Source: the human T2T-CHM13v2.0 reference genome, Homo sapiens
DNA length: 64,000 nt
NCBI RefSeq assembly: GCF_009914755.1
Contig: NC_060925.1
Reading direction: 5' to 3' (one strand)
Shown one piece after another: positions 17,191 to 34,489 of this stretch. Position numbers and translations under genes: made by a program. A model generated the notes under the pieces. That model was not told the DNA's origin. It made no database searches and saw nothing but the letters and a program-made list of their open reading frames with translations. The number at the start of each line of letters is the position of its first letter. Position 1 is the first letter of the stretch.

Positions 17191-18900
17191 ACAATAGCAA
17201 TAAAGTTTTAGAAAACAAACTGTGTGTAAGTGGCTTGACAAACCAGAGAAAGTTGAGACCTAAGCCCATAGCAGGAGGATTGTAGAAGCAAACCAAATTC
17301 CCACTACAGATCCTCAAATAAGAGGACTTAGAAGCTCCAGGTATTTATGAAAATGGCAATAAATGCTTATCTGAAAACAAGAAGCCTGATTATAGGGTAT
17401 CCACTATAGCAGTGAGAAAATATTTCACACTCACCCAACCACTTCTCTCTAGCCCTGTTGTAGTCATTGCCTTCATTATTTTACTTTCTGTTTATTTTCC
17501 TGTTTGATTTTTTTTCTTTATGTCAGATGGGTAATGTGCTGACATCATAACAAGGTTCAAGGATGGCATATCTCACACGTGCGTAAACACCCAGTGATCA
17601 CGCTTATGAACTACAAAAGGATTCCTTTTTGATTTTTAAATAAAATTGTTTTAATTAAAATAAGCTGCCAAATATCCAGCCCTTCATCTCCAACCTGTAC
17701 AATAGGATAAGTGTCGGTACGCTCATTCCAGGAGAAGACTGGAGGTTTCTTCTCTGAATGGGTTAAATCAGAGGGTCACTGGAGTCAGAGACACCTGATG
17801 GAGCTGAGTGTGTAGAGGGGGTTCCCATCATGGTGATTCAGTTCAAATCTAAATATCAAATGGTGAGGTGTTCCCTCCTTCACTCTCCCACTTTTCTTTC
17901 TTGGTTCACTCCGGAAAATGCTAGAAGTCAGACAAGAGATTTTAGAATTTCTGTCTGGCAAAACTGACCTGCCCAAAACTTGAGAACTCCAGATATTGAC
18001 ATTTGGCATACTCAACGAAAGTGTTTATCCTGATCATTTACCACCCCTCCATTGACAAGCCCCCACACAAAGTTTTAAATTAGCTTTCTGATTTGCCTCT
18101 ATTTTAGCCTCTGTTTGAAATATAAATGGACGGCCAGAGATCATCTGACAATTGGGAAAGCCAATGGCACAAAGAACTGAGAGCAAAACAAATAGGAAAG
18201 TGTGACAACAAAGAAAATAGGAGAAAATGTCAACAACAAAAACAACAACAACACTCTGATATCCTCAGAGATAAGTAAAGATGTGGTATCCCTAACATAA
18301 GAACAGAGTTCTGTAAAAATGTAACATTCAGAAAAGAAAAAGAGAGCCCTTGGAAATTAAAGTATGAGAGTGAAAAGAGAGCTATTAACTGAAGGATTGA
18401 AAGTACAAAAAGGAAAATAAAATAGGAGGAAATTTAAAAATCAGGCTAGATAGATGGTCCACAATCTGAATAGTGGGATTTGCAAAAAGGGAAAATAGAA
18501 AAACTGGAGAGAAGATGAAGTCATTAAAGAAATAATTTCAGATAATTTTCAGAACTGCAAAGGACTTAGAAAATCAAGGTATATCATCATGTCACTCTGG
18601 AATACTGAAGAGACAGAGAAGTTTCTAAAAACATCCAGAGACAAAAAATAGTCAGCTGTGAAGTTTTGAAATCAGAATAGCTTTATGCTCTTTATCAGTA
18701 GCCCTAGAAATTAAAAGACAAAAGAGTAATGCTTTCAAAATTCTCAGGGGAAATGACTTACAACTTTTAACTTGATACCTAGTCAAAATATTATTCAAGT
18801 AAATAATAGAATATTTAAAATGTCAGACATGCAAGAATTCAGAAAGTTTATAATATAAGCATCCTTCTTCAAGTTAATTAATACTCCTTCAACATGGCAG
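17190..18900 (+). mobile_element. Second ancient L1 ORF1/HAL1-like remnant (hosts the U13 copy)
   Basis: Same ORF1-type signature (aatcagaatagcttt...gtaatgctttcaaaattctcaggggaaatga). Confidence 0.55.
17521..17622 (-). pseudogene. U13 (SNORD13) snoRNA retrocopy
   Basis: The reverse complement ATCCTTTTGTAGTTCATAAGCGTGATCACTGGGTGTT...GCACATTACCCATCTGACA matches full-length U13. It has an A-rich tail (T-run just left of 17521) and a 15-bp TSD: TCCTGTTTGATTTTT (17498-17512) / TCCTTTTTGATTTTT (17623-17637). Confidence 0.93.
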
Positions 18901-19225
18901 AAAACCTATAGATATTGTTATAAGATTGATAATGAAGAAATGGAGGTATAAAACATGGGATTTCAAGATTTGCAAATGGCTACCAGAAGAAAATCAACAA
19001 GACTTCACAGTGACTGGAAAAATTGGTGAACCAGGGAACCTCGGAGGACTAATGCTCTTCTTTTCAAGTTTTGTACCATTTGATCTCTTTAAAATGATAT
19101 GCACATATTATTTTGACTTTAAAATTTTATTGGAAAATTAAAAAGCAAAGTGAATAAAAAAATGGAAAGTGGGATGGTGAAAGCAATGATTGCACTTAAA
19201 GACAGTTAAAGACAAATGTGGTGCG

Positions 19226-21563
19226 GTCAAGTCAGCTTCATACCTGGGATGCAAGGCTGGTTCAGCATATGCAAATAGATAAACGTAATCCATCACATAG
19301 ACAGAACCAATGACAAAAACCACATGATTATCTCAATTGATGCAGAGAAGGCCTTCAACAAAATTCAACACCTCTTCATGCTGAAAACTCTCAATAAACT
19401 AGGTTTTGATGGAATGTATCTCAAACTAATAAGAGATATTTGTGACAAACCCACAGCCAATATCATACTAAATGGGCAAAAGCTGGAAGCATTCCCTTTG
19501 AAAACCAGCACAAGACAAGGATGCCCTCTCTCACCACTCCTATTCAACATAGTATTAGAAGTTCTGGCCAGGGCAGTCAGGCAAGAGAAAGAAATAAAGG
19601 GTATTCAAACAGGAAAAGAGGAAATCAAATTGTCTCTGTTTGCAGATAACATGATTGTATATTTAGAAAATCCCACCATCTCAGCCCAAAATCTCCTTAA
19701 GCTGATAAGCAACTTCAGCAAAGTCTCAGGATACAAAATCAATGTGCAAAAATCACAAGCATTCCTATACACCAATAACAGACAGAGAGACAAATCATGA
19801 GTGAACTCCCATTCACAATTGCTACAAAGAGAATAAAATATATAGGAATACAGCTTACAAGGGATGTGAAGGACCTCTTCAAGGAGAACTACAAACCACT
19901 GCTCAAGGAAATAAAAGAAGACACAAACAAATGGAAAAGCATTCCATGCTCATGGATAGGAAGAATCAATATCATGAAAATAGCCATACTGCCCAAAGTA
20001 ATTTATAGATTCAATGCTATCCCCATCAAGCTATCATTGACTTTCTTCACAGAATTGCGAAAAACTACTTTAAATTTCATATGGAATCAAAAAAGAGCCC
20101 ACATAGCCAAGACAATCCTAAGCAAAAAGAACAAAGCTGGAGGCATCATGCTACCTGACTTCAAACTATACTACAAGGCTACAGTAACCAAAACAGTATA
20201 GTACTGGTACCAAAACAGATATATAGACCAACGCAACAGAACAGAGGCCTCAGAAATAACACCACACATCTACAGCCATCTGATCTTTGACAAACCTGAT
20301 AAAAACAAGAAAGGGAGAAAGGATTCCCTATTTAATAAATGGTGCTGGGAAAACTGGCTAGCCATATGCAGAACACTGAAACTGGACCCCTTCCTTACAC
20401 CTTATACAAAAATTAACTCAAGATGGATTAAAGACCTAAACGTAAGACCTAAAACAAGAAAAATCCTAGAAGAAAACCTAGGCAATACCATTCAGGACAT
20501 AGTCATGGGCAAATGCTTCATGTCTAAAACACCAAAAGCAATGGCAACAAAAGCCAAAATTGACAAATGGGATCTAATTAAACTAAAGAGCTTCTGCATA
20601 GCAAAAGAAACTATCATCAGAGTGAACAGGCAACCTATATAAGGGGAGAAAAATTTTGCAATCTATGCATCTGACAAAGGGTTAATATCCAGAATCTATA
20701 AAGAACTTAAACAAATTTACAAGAAAAAACCAAACAACCCTATCAAAAAGTGGGCAAAGGATATGAACAGACACTTCTCAAAAGACAACATTCATGCAGC
20801 CAACAAACATATGAAAAAACCTCATAATCACTGGTCATTAGAGAAATGCAAATCAAAACCGCAATGAGATACCATCTCATGCCAGTTAGAATGGTGATCA
20901 TTAAAAAGTCAGGAAACAACAGATGCTGAAGAGGATGTGGAGAAATAGGAACGCTTTTACACTGTTGGTGGGAGTATAAATTAGTTCAACATTGTGGAAG
21001 ACAGTGTGGCGATTCCTCAAGGATCTAGAACTAGAAATACCATTTGACCCAGCAATTCCCTTACTGGGTATATACCCAAAGGATTATAAATCATTCTACT
21101 ATAAAGACACATGCACACATATGTTTATTGTGGCACTATTCACAATAGCAAAGACTTGGAACCAACCCAAATGTCCACCAATGATGGACTGGAAAAGGAA
21201 ACTGTGGCACATATACACCATGGAATACTATGCAGGCATAATAAAGGATGAGTTCATGTCCTTTGCAGGGACATGGATGAAGCTGGAAATCATCATTCTC
21301 AGCAAACTAACACAACAACAGAAAACCAAACACTGCATGTTCTCACTCATAAGTGGGTATTGAACAATGAGAACACATGGACACAGGGAGGGGAACATCA
21401 CACACTGGAGCCTGTTGGGGGTGGGGGGCTAGGGGAGAGATAGCATTAGGAGAAATACCTAATGTAGGTGACGGATTGACGGGTGCAGCAAACCACCATG
21501 GCACGTGTATACCTATGTAACAAACCTGCACATTCTGCACATGTGCCCCAGAACTTAAAGTAA

Positions 21564-21603
<40 letters not shown>
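19226..21603 (+). mobile_element. 5'-truncated L1PA (approx. L1PA7/8) with (AAT)n tail
   Basis: ORF2 RT/C-terminal fragments ([35 protein letters not shown]), L1PA 3'UTR and tail at 21562-21603. ORF2 is broken by frameshifts and stops. Confidence 0.95.
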
Positions 21604-22317
21604 GATGGAGGTGGTGGATGGGTGAAGCATTTTCTCTGTAGTGTAGGGAATTCTCACAGGTATGTAGCTCCTTAATCCTCACAATGAAAGAGGCAAATAT
21701 CATTATTTCATTTTACAGATGAGGACACTGAGGTTCAAGGAAGTTAAAAGAACTTGCCTAAAGTCACATAGCTTAGAACTGGCAATATCAAGGCTGAACC
21801 TAAGTGTCTGTTCCAAGGCTCAGTCATGTTCCACTAATTTTGAATGTTGGCAAACGAGGAGAGAGAGATATTGGGACCTAGGATGAAGGGAAGAAAGAGT
21901 TTTTGGTAGAGAAAACACATAAACATTTATGTAAGTTGAAAGTAAAGAGTCCTCAGAAGCTAAGAACTGAAAGTACAAGGGAGAATAAGAATAATTGAGC
22001 CAAGTCTCAGAAAGTTTGGAGGAAGCAGCATGCTGACCTGGGCAAGAGTTTGCCTTGGAAAGGAGTAAAGTTGCTTTTATTTCTGAAACAGGTGGGAAGG
22101 AGGTAAGGGTGGGTAAAGTTGCTATTAAGCTGGAGCTTGGAGAGGAGGGAAATTGAGATGGTCATACTATTTCCTCCTTGAAATAAGAGGCTAGTTATTC
22201 TCCTGTGAATAGACAAGTAAGGGAAAGCCTGGATTTTTACCAGTGACTGGGTCAGGGGAGGGAAGAGGGGAGAAAAGGGAGTTGGAAAGTGACTGGAGCA
22301 ATTAGGAAAGAGAGTAA

Positions 22318-22991
<674 letters not shown>

Positions 22992-23699
22992 TTACATTTG
23001 AATGGCACATTTATGACAAATTTTTGTTTAGTGTATGCTCCAAAGATTGTGTGGTATTTTATCTGTAAACTTTTAAAGAGAAACACTAAAGCATGTGTAA
23101 AGAACAACAAAGCCACTTTGAAATCAAAAATTGGAAATGGAGCAAACTTAAGGTAGGAATGTTGGGCTTGACTTCTAGGCAGCAGCAGACAGGGAGTTGT
23201 ACTGGCAGTCAGGAGATAGCTTGAGAATGCAATTTTTAGGGCCTCCTTGGAGAGCAATGGGAAGAGACTTATATGGGAACTAGAGACTTGGAATTGGCCA
23301 GGACGCCATTGCTGGAAACATTTGCCTACTATCTAATTTTACCTAAGTTGATCATCTACAATTACATCTCATAGGTGTGTACTAAAGATGAATATTATTA
23401 AATAACAATCTGAAAGGTTTTTGGACTCTGTAAAACACTTTATCAATATTGAATGTTAAAAACCAGTGGTATTCACAAGAAAACAACTGATATCCCCAAG
23501 GAAATTCTTGAACCTGTTTGAGGTTTATCATGGTGGTCTGGAGTAGTGGTTAAGAGTCTGCAGCCTGTCCCACATTAAGCAAGCTGCTTAATATGTCTGG
23601 GAGTCAATTTCCTTGTTTGTAAAATTAGAATAATTATAGTGCCTAACTTGTCAGATTAAATGGATTAATATGTGTAACACTATGTGCAAATACTAAAAG

Positions 23700-25400
23700 T
23701 ACAATGTTACATGAGATATCATAGGCAGACAATGAGAAGTTTCAGAAAACATTCATTAATATGCATATGTATACACTTTGTATGCTTACGTAGAAAATGA
23801 GTGGTTTTAAAAGGACATTCATTAGCATACTTTTATATGCATTTTGTAGACTTGTACAGTCAGAAATGCAGCAAATGTAAAACTTTAAATCTAGAAGTCT
23901 GTTTCCCTCTAGGAACATATATTTCAATTCCTTAACTATTTATTGACTGATAGCGTTTGAGCCACAAGGCAAGGCATTTGCAATATTTAGGTTTTGGAAC
24001 CCAGCTCTGCCACTCACTAGCTGGGAAATCTACAAGTCACCTTAGTTGTCTGAATGACACTTCTCTCAACAATAAAATGGCCAGCAATGCTTACTTACTT
24101 CACAGAGCAGTAAGGTTAAATTAACCTAGCACATGCTTGATACAGACTAGGTGTGAAATTTCACTTTGATTCCTTTGGCTTTAAAGAATGCATAAATTAG
24201 TGTGTGTGGAGGCGGGAGAAGGGGGGGAATGCCAAGTCCCCCGTTTTGTTGTGCTGGGTAGACACAATATACCTCTTCCCCTTTAAGTGAAATAAGTCTT
24301 CAAATCCAATTAGGATCTACTCTGGAGTCTTAGAGGACCGTTATCTTGGTTTCCACATTATATGCACTGTACTGTTGTTGAAGCTGTGGGTATGTATTGG
24401 GTGCGTCGCTGTCGATGAATGCTTTAAAACAGCTGTGAATTAACTGTCACTTCTTTTTTTTTTTTTTTTTGGCAAACTCACAAAATCCCAGAAGTCAGGG
24501 GTCTGTTGTTTGTTCATTCTGCCTCCTTCTGAGTCATTCAGGTACAGGGTGTGTCTGCCAATTGAAACTGCACAGCGGAGGAAGTTTTTGAGTTCACATC
24601 TGCCGGGATGGGAACGCAGTGCGACCAGGGACTGGGTGGAAACTTTTACAACAGTAATGCAAGGGCAGAAGCGTCCTGTCCTGAGCTTGTCACGCAGGCA
24701 GATCTGACCAAGTCCGCCTCTCAGCCTCACGTTCTTAAGCAGCATCTAAGCAAAAGAAAAGGGTGGGCAAAGTGCTAGTAATGAGATTTGAGGCCTCTGA
24801 GTCGACTCCCAAGCAGAATGTGAGAGAAGGGTGCCGGCTCCTGCTGGGCAGCTGCAGTTGCTCCGCAGCTCCTGGCCGAGAATCTCCCCCTTTGGAAATT
24901 CCTGAGCTGCCCAGGCGTTTTGAATCTCTCAGGACTCAGCAGCAGCCCACCCCCTCAACGACCTCTCCATTGGCCAGAATCTGGGACACACAGCCTGACT
25001 TTGTGCTCAGCTGAGGGAAACCCCTCGCCCAACACCAAAACCGGCGCTGGTTCATTTCTCTGTGCACTCTGGGAAAGCCACTGCCCCTCAGACCGCAGTT
25101 GCGAGTAGCACGAGGATCTGGGGTGGCGGGGGGAGTACAGGAACCTCCCGGTTCATTCTCCCTCCCGGGCTGCTTGTCTCCTCCGTACCTCTCGCAGCCC
25201 CTTCCCAGCCTCTCCTCCCCAGAGCGCCGCCGACACTCGCCGGGCCGCGGCTCAGGTTTTCTGCTGCTCGCGCGAAAGTGGCTCGGGGAGCTCCTGGCCA
25301 CAAGCTCAGCACACCGATCCTCCTAGGGCTGCGGGGGGTGTGGGACCAGGGCGGTGCGCTACGAGACTCCGGGCCGTCCTCTGCCTCCTCAGACTTTTCG
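23700..25400 (-). ncRNA. Probable divergent lncRNA from the S1PR1 CpG island (S1PR1-DT / LISPR1); extent uncertain
   Basis: Recalled knowledge of a divergent lncRNA at this promoter. The sequence shows the CpG island extending upstream and a minus-strand donor-like AG|GTACGG at 25188. Boundaries cannot be read from the sequence. Confidence 0.4.
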
Positions 25401-25877
25401 AGAGAAAAGTTTTCAAAGTCTCTCCACCTTTTTTTTTTTTCAGGGGCTCGGGAGAATCCTCTCCACAGCCAGGGATCAGCGTCTATCTGGGCGAGGGCAG
25501 TGATTTATACAGTAGAATCCAGGGGTTACCGGGCTCCGCCCCTTCTCTCTCTCTCTTTTTTTCTTTCATTTGTTGTTTGGGGAGGAGGGGTTCTTTTTTT
25601 TTTTTTTTTTTTTTTTGCTTCTGCCCCAGATCTTTCCTGGACAGTGCGTCTCAGCAGTTCAGATCCGGGGGCCCCCAGCTGACAGAGGGCGTGGGGGGTT
25701 AAGGCATTAACCCCTCCCAGCCTCTTCCTGAAGAAACCACCCAGCCTTGGCGCGGCGCTGGGTGACTTCGCGTAGCAGGCAGGGAACTGGCCGCGGCGAG
25801 CGGGACTGGCCATTGGAGTGCTCCGCTGCGGAGGGAGGGGACCCCGACTCGAGTAAGTTTGCGAGAGCACTACGCAG

Positions 25878-25960
25878 TCAGTCGGGGGCAGCAGCAAGAT
25901 GCGAAGCGAGCCGTACAGATCCCGGGCTCTCCGAACGCAACTTCGCCCTGCTTGAGCGAG
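25878..25960 (+). other. S1PR1: S1PR1 non-coding exon 1 (5' boundary approximate)
   Basis: Ends ...CTTGAGCGAG|GTAGGG (donor GT at 25961). Joined to 27683 it gives the recalled S1PR1 mRNA leader ...GAGCGAGGCTGCGGTTTCCGAGG. The TSS position is recalled, not derivable from the sequence. Confidence 0.85.
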
Positions 25961-28994
<3,034 letters not shown>

Positions 28995-30380
28995 AACTGG
29001 AAGCTGTCCACCCACCGGAAGCGCTCTTTACTTGGTCGCTGGCCACCCCAGTGTTTGGAAAAAAATCTCTGGGCTTCGACTGCTGCCAGGGAGGAGCTGC
29101 TGCAAGCCAGAGGGAGGAAGGGGGAGAATACGAACAGCCTGGTGGTGTCGGGTGTTGGTGGGTAGAGTTAGTTCCTGTGAACAATGCACTGGGAAGGGTG
29201 GAGATCAGGTCCCGGCCTGGAATATATTTTCTACCCCCCTGGAGCTTTGATTTTGCACTGAGCCAAAGGTCTAGCATTGTCAAGCTCCTAAAGGGTTCAT
29301 TTGGCCCCTCCTCAAAGACTAATGTCCCCATGTGAAAGCGTCTCTTTGTCTGGAGCTTTGAGGAGATGTTTTCCTTCACTTTAGTTTCAAACCCAAGTGA
29401 GTGTGTGCACTTCTGCTTCTTTAGGGATGCCCTGTACATCCCACACCCCACCCTCCCTTCCCTTCATACCCCTCCTCAACGTTCTTTTACTTTATACTTT
29501 AACTACCTGAGAGTTATCAGAGCTGGGGTTGTGGAATGATCGATCATCTATAGCAAATAGGCTATGTTGAGTACGTAGGCTGTGGGAAGATGAAGATGGT
29601 TTGGAGGTGTAAAACAATGTCCTTCGCTGAGGCCAAAGTTTCCATGTAAGCGGGATCCGTTTTTTGGAATTTGGTTGAAGTCACTTTGATTTCTTTAAAA
29701 AACATCTTTTCAATGAAATGTGTTACCATTTCATATCCATTGAAGCCGAAATCTGCATAAGGAAGCCCACTTTATCTAAATGATATTAGCCAGGATCCTT
29801 GGTGTCCTAGGAGAAACAGACAAGCAAAACAAAGTGAAAACCGAATGGATTAACTTTTGCAAACCAAGGGAGATTTCTTAGCAAATGAGTCTAACAAATA
29901 TGACATCTGTCTTTGGCACTTTTGTTGATGTTTATTTCAGAATGTTGTGTGATTCATTTCAAGCAACAACATGGTTGTATTTTGTTGTGTTAAAAGTACT
30001 TTTCTTGATTTTTGAATGTATTTGTTTCAGCAGAAGTCATTTTATTGGATTTTTCTAACCCGTGTTAACACCATTGAATGTGTATTTCTTAAGAAAATAC
30101 CACCCTCTTGTGCCCTTAAAAGCATTACTTTAACTGGTAGGGAACGCCAGAAACTTTTCAGTCCAGCTATTCATTAGATAGTAATTGAAGATATGTATAA
30201 ATATTACAAAGAATAAAAATATATTACTGTCTCTTTAGTATGGTTTTCAGTGCAATTAAACCGAGAGATGTCTTGTTTTTTTAAAAAGAATAGTATTTAA
30301 TAGGTTTCTGACTTTTGTGGATCATTTTGCACATAGCTTTATCAACTTTTAAACATTAATAAACTGATTTTTTTAAAGAT
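28995..30380 (+). other. S1PR1: S1PR1 3'UTR
   Basis: Repeat-free U-rich sequence from the stop codon to ~15-20 nt past the AATAAA at 30358-30363. Confidence 0.85.
30358..30363 (+). terminator. Polyadenylation signal of S1PR1 (a second AATAAA lies at 30212-30217)
   Basis: AATAAA followed by ctgatttttttaaag and downstream U/GU-rich sequence. Confidence 0.8.
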
Positions 30381-32204
30381 CCCTTTGTGAAGAGCATTCT
30401 TAAAAATAATTATTGAGTCATCTACTGGATTGTGTAGCTCTTTGGAATCAAAGTGAAGGACAAATTTCTATTATTCTTTAAAGGATTTTTACCTTAACTA
30501 GGGTGTGAAAAAAGTGTGGTTTGTTTAGAAACCACTCTATCTTTTTCAGGAAGAGAAACTTCAATAAGTTAACACTGAAGAGTAGTAAAGAATGAGATAA
30601 AAACCACCAACCTTCTGAATACCACATTGGCTAGTAAGTAGAATTGTTTGAGTTTTAAACTGCATTTAAGCCAAATAAATTAAATGCAATAATTCTGTCA
30701 TCAAATATGGGCTTTTAAAGAAATTATACACAAAAATGTGGTTGTAAATCTAGTTTAAATGATGAGACTCAATCATCATTCAAAACCCATCAAAAAAGCA
30801 TACATTCTTGGCCTTTCACCAACATGTTGGGGAAGTGGGGATATGGATATGGGTATTAAATCATGTGTTTTTTTGTTTTTTTTTTTTCAGGACACTGTCT
30901 TGGCTTCTCCCAGCCTATCTTCTGAACCACATAGAAGTATACAGTATCAGTGAAGCAGCTAGCTGTAAAATGTGGGCTGAGTAGCATAACACTTTTATCT
31001 GAAAACCTTCAATTCATAGTATCTGAAAGCATTAATATTCTCAGTCATTAATTTTTCCAACTACAAAATGAAGGCACTTTGCAAGCATCACAGACTTATT
31101 GTAATAGTTAATTCTTGTTTTTGATTATTGTCATCTTTTGGGGGATTAAAGTGTTTTGGCATGTTGGGCTCTCTAATCTTTTCGCTACTTTCAGAATTTG
31201 TGCTTTCAAGTGTCATTGTATATGCACAGGACACAGTTGGGACATGAAGATAAACCTCACCTAATAGAGTAGATGTCATTTCTGGGTAAGGTTAACTGTG
31301 GGAAACAGAAATGTGTTCACTAAGGAAACCTTAGGTCACAACCTCCAGTTTCCTGAAGGAAATGCCAAAAATGCTCCAAAGACAAAAGGCTGGAAACAAA
31401 CTGGAATGTCTCTCTCCATCTGTCTGCTAAGGCGGAAGGAATGATTTCATGTTACATTCACTTCCTAGACTTTCATTACAGAGTCAAGCATAATGGAAAA
31501 GTATGTCCATTTTGTGTTTCTGTGGAAGATAAAATGTTCATATTCTCCGACTTATCTTCATAAGCACAGTAGTGATTCATGATATGGGGAAAGATGGGAT
31601 AAGGTGGCTGGCTTTGGGAGATGGGGAGCTCTTTGGTGACACTTTTCCCCCTGTGACCACATTATCCAGTGATTAGATGTACTTTCTTCCTGGAAACTCC
31701 AGACTGTGCATTTCATTCCAAGAAAGCTGGGTAGTCATGGACTGTGGTTTTCCTGGGCACATGTGTGGTAGAGCCCCAGATCAGACCAAGAAGCAAAGAC
31801 ATAAGAAGAAGGAATCCTTGGTTGTCTCCCAACATGAATATCTGGTTTTAATTCAGTGTATTCTCAGAAGTAAGAATGAGAAAAAAATCTTAGTAATTAT
31901 ATGTTTGTACTAAAAAATACACATATAAGGCTTTGATTTTAAAATTGTAGTGTTTTTCAAGAGGAGTGAAACAGATCCTGGACAATACTTGACATATTCT
32001 TGTAAAAAGTTCAATTGACTCAAAATAGTCAGGAAAGTTATGAAGTAACATCATATAATACTTTATCCCCAACAATATTAAATGTGATTACAATTTTACA
32101 GAATATTCAAATCAAAATGTTATATAAGACAAATTATTATTCTTGCTTTTACATCTCCTTAGAAGGAGAAACATTCAATTGTTTTAAAAATGTTCTATTT
32201 ATTT

Positions 32205-32449
32205 TTCAGAAATGAGGTGTTGCCTTCTTGCCCAGGCTAGTATGCAGTGGCACAATCATAGCTCACTGCAGCCTTGAATTCTTGGGCTCAAGTGATCTTC
32301 CTGCCCCAAGCCTCCCAAGTAGCTGGGACCACAGGCACGTGCCACCATGCCTGGCTGATTTTTTTTTTTTTTTTAATGTTTTGTAGAGACAGGATCTCAG
32401 TATGTTGCGCAGGCTGGTCTTTAATTCCTGGGCTCAAGTGATCCTCCCA
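32205..32449 (-). mobile_element. AluJ (partial)
   Basis: Alu consensus, truncated. Confidence 0.9.
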
Positions 32450-33661
32450 TAGATTTGTCTGTGTTTTCTCTAAATAGGTTATAAATACCTTGAGGGAGGA
32501 ATCACAAATAACTAAAAGAAACTTTTGTAGAGACTATCAGAGTATTATTTCCTTGTGGACACAGTAAATGTATGATGATGAGAAATCATAATAAACTACA
32601 ACATTTTCTCCAACCTTCCTTCCTGCTCTTTTGATGTGTACTTCACATGGTCCAAGAAAAGGGACTCAAAATACTTTTTAACATACACCATTGCCTTCAC
32701 TGCAATACTAAGTGGAACTAGAGTTGTCTCTCAGAACATTCAAGCAAGCAAGGTTTACTTGAATAACTAAAGGCCTTATATGGATTATCTATAAAGAGGA
32801 TTTTAAACCGGTGGTTTAAAAAGCTGGGAGAGATAGGAGGAAGAGCATAGTGAGGGGTTAGACCTGCATTTATTTCAGTCTTTCACAATCTTTGACAAGA
32901 ACCAGGACCCAGAGTAGTTTGGGTTCATGTTGAATATATCTCTCCTAATACATCCGATCTCTTGTTCCCTACACTTTCTTCTTGGATTCAGACTCTCAAG
33001 TAATTTCTGTTTTTCCCGTGCTCTCTTTTTTATCCCTTTGAGGACTAAAGGATTAAAAAATTAGACTTAGCTCTGGTTATAGTCATTAGCAAGAGCCAAG
33101 TGTGGACTGTGGACTTGAGTGAACAGGAATTGCTACATTTTATGTAATCCAACCTTGATATATGAAGTATCTTCATATATCCAACCAGAAGCTTCCATAT
33201 CAGTAATGGATAAATACACCATGGTAAATTAATACAATGGAATATTATTCAGCAACAAAAAAGGACCTACTACTAATCTTGCAACCGTTTTCATGAATTT
33301 TAAACCTCTTATGCAACCACAAAAGAGAACATACGTCATGATTTCCTTTATGTAAAAGTTCCAGAATAGGCAAAACTAATATATGGAGGTATAAATCTGC
33401 ACAGTGGTTGCCTGGGGTAAGAGGATAAACTGGAAAGGAACACGAGGGAACTTTCTAGGTTGTTAGCAAAGCTCTTTATCTTAATTTTTAGGACCTTGTT
33501 CACTCAGATGTGTATATTTGTCTAAACTTATGTAATCATATTCTTAAGACCAGTGAAATTTAAAAATATCAATATGCTAGACTTTCACTTCTGAGTATAA
33601 GGACTATATGAGACTTTCTCTGTGAAATTGTGGGAAGGTTCCATGAAGTTCAGTAGAAAGT

Positions 33662-34008
<347 letters not shown>

Positions 34009-34489
34009 TCATAAAAGGGAAATACGCTTTTTAAGTATTATCCCATGACCCAGAAATAAAACTTTAGAATGCTAAATAATTGTGACATGATGATACTCTT
34101 TGCTTCCATAGGATGAGAATTTGGCTTAGTATTGGTATTTGTAATCCCTGAAGAATTTCTGTGTCTTGAAAGAGTCTAGAGATGTAATGAAACTGTCACA
34201 ATAAAAGTTTATTGACATTTGGATTTCAGTTTTAGGAATATATGATGGGTTGTAAATAGCCTTATGAAGAATGGACCTTGTATACATTGCAAGGATATGT
34301 AAACATATTAGTACTGGAGACATACAAATTGGAGTGTGCCAATTTCTTATCATGGCCACCTGACCAAACCTATAAAAGGCATTCATTCAGATAATAACAC
34401 TCGCCCTGGGTGTAAGCACTGCATTGTTAGAAGAGATAGCAGAGCACAAAGGATATGGAAGACAAGCTTATGTTCCTGTGGATCTATTT

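Noticed and set aside
32801-32821. Short palindrome TTTTAAACC-ggt-GGTTTAAAA
   Set aside because: A 9-bp AT-rich stem is expected by chance in 64 kb.
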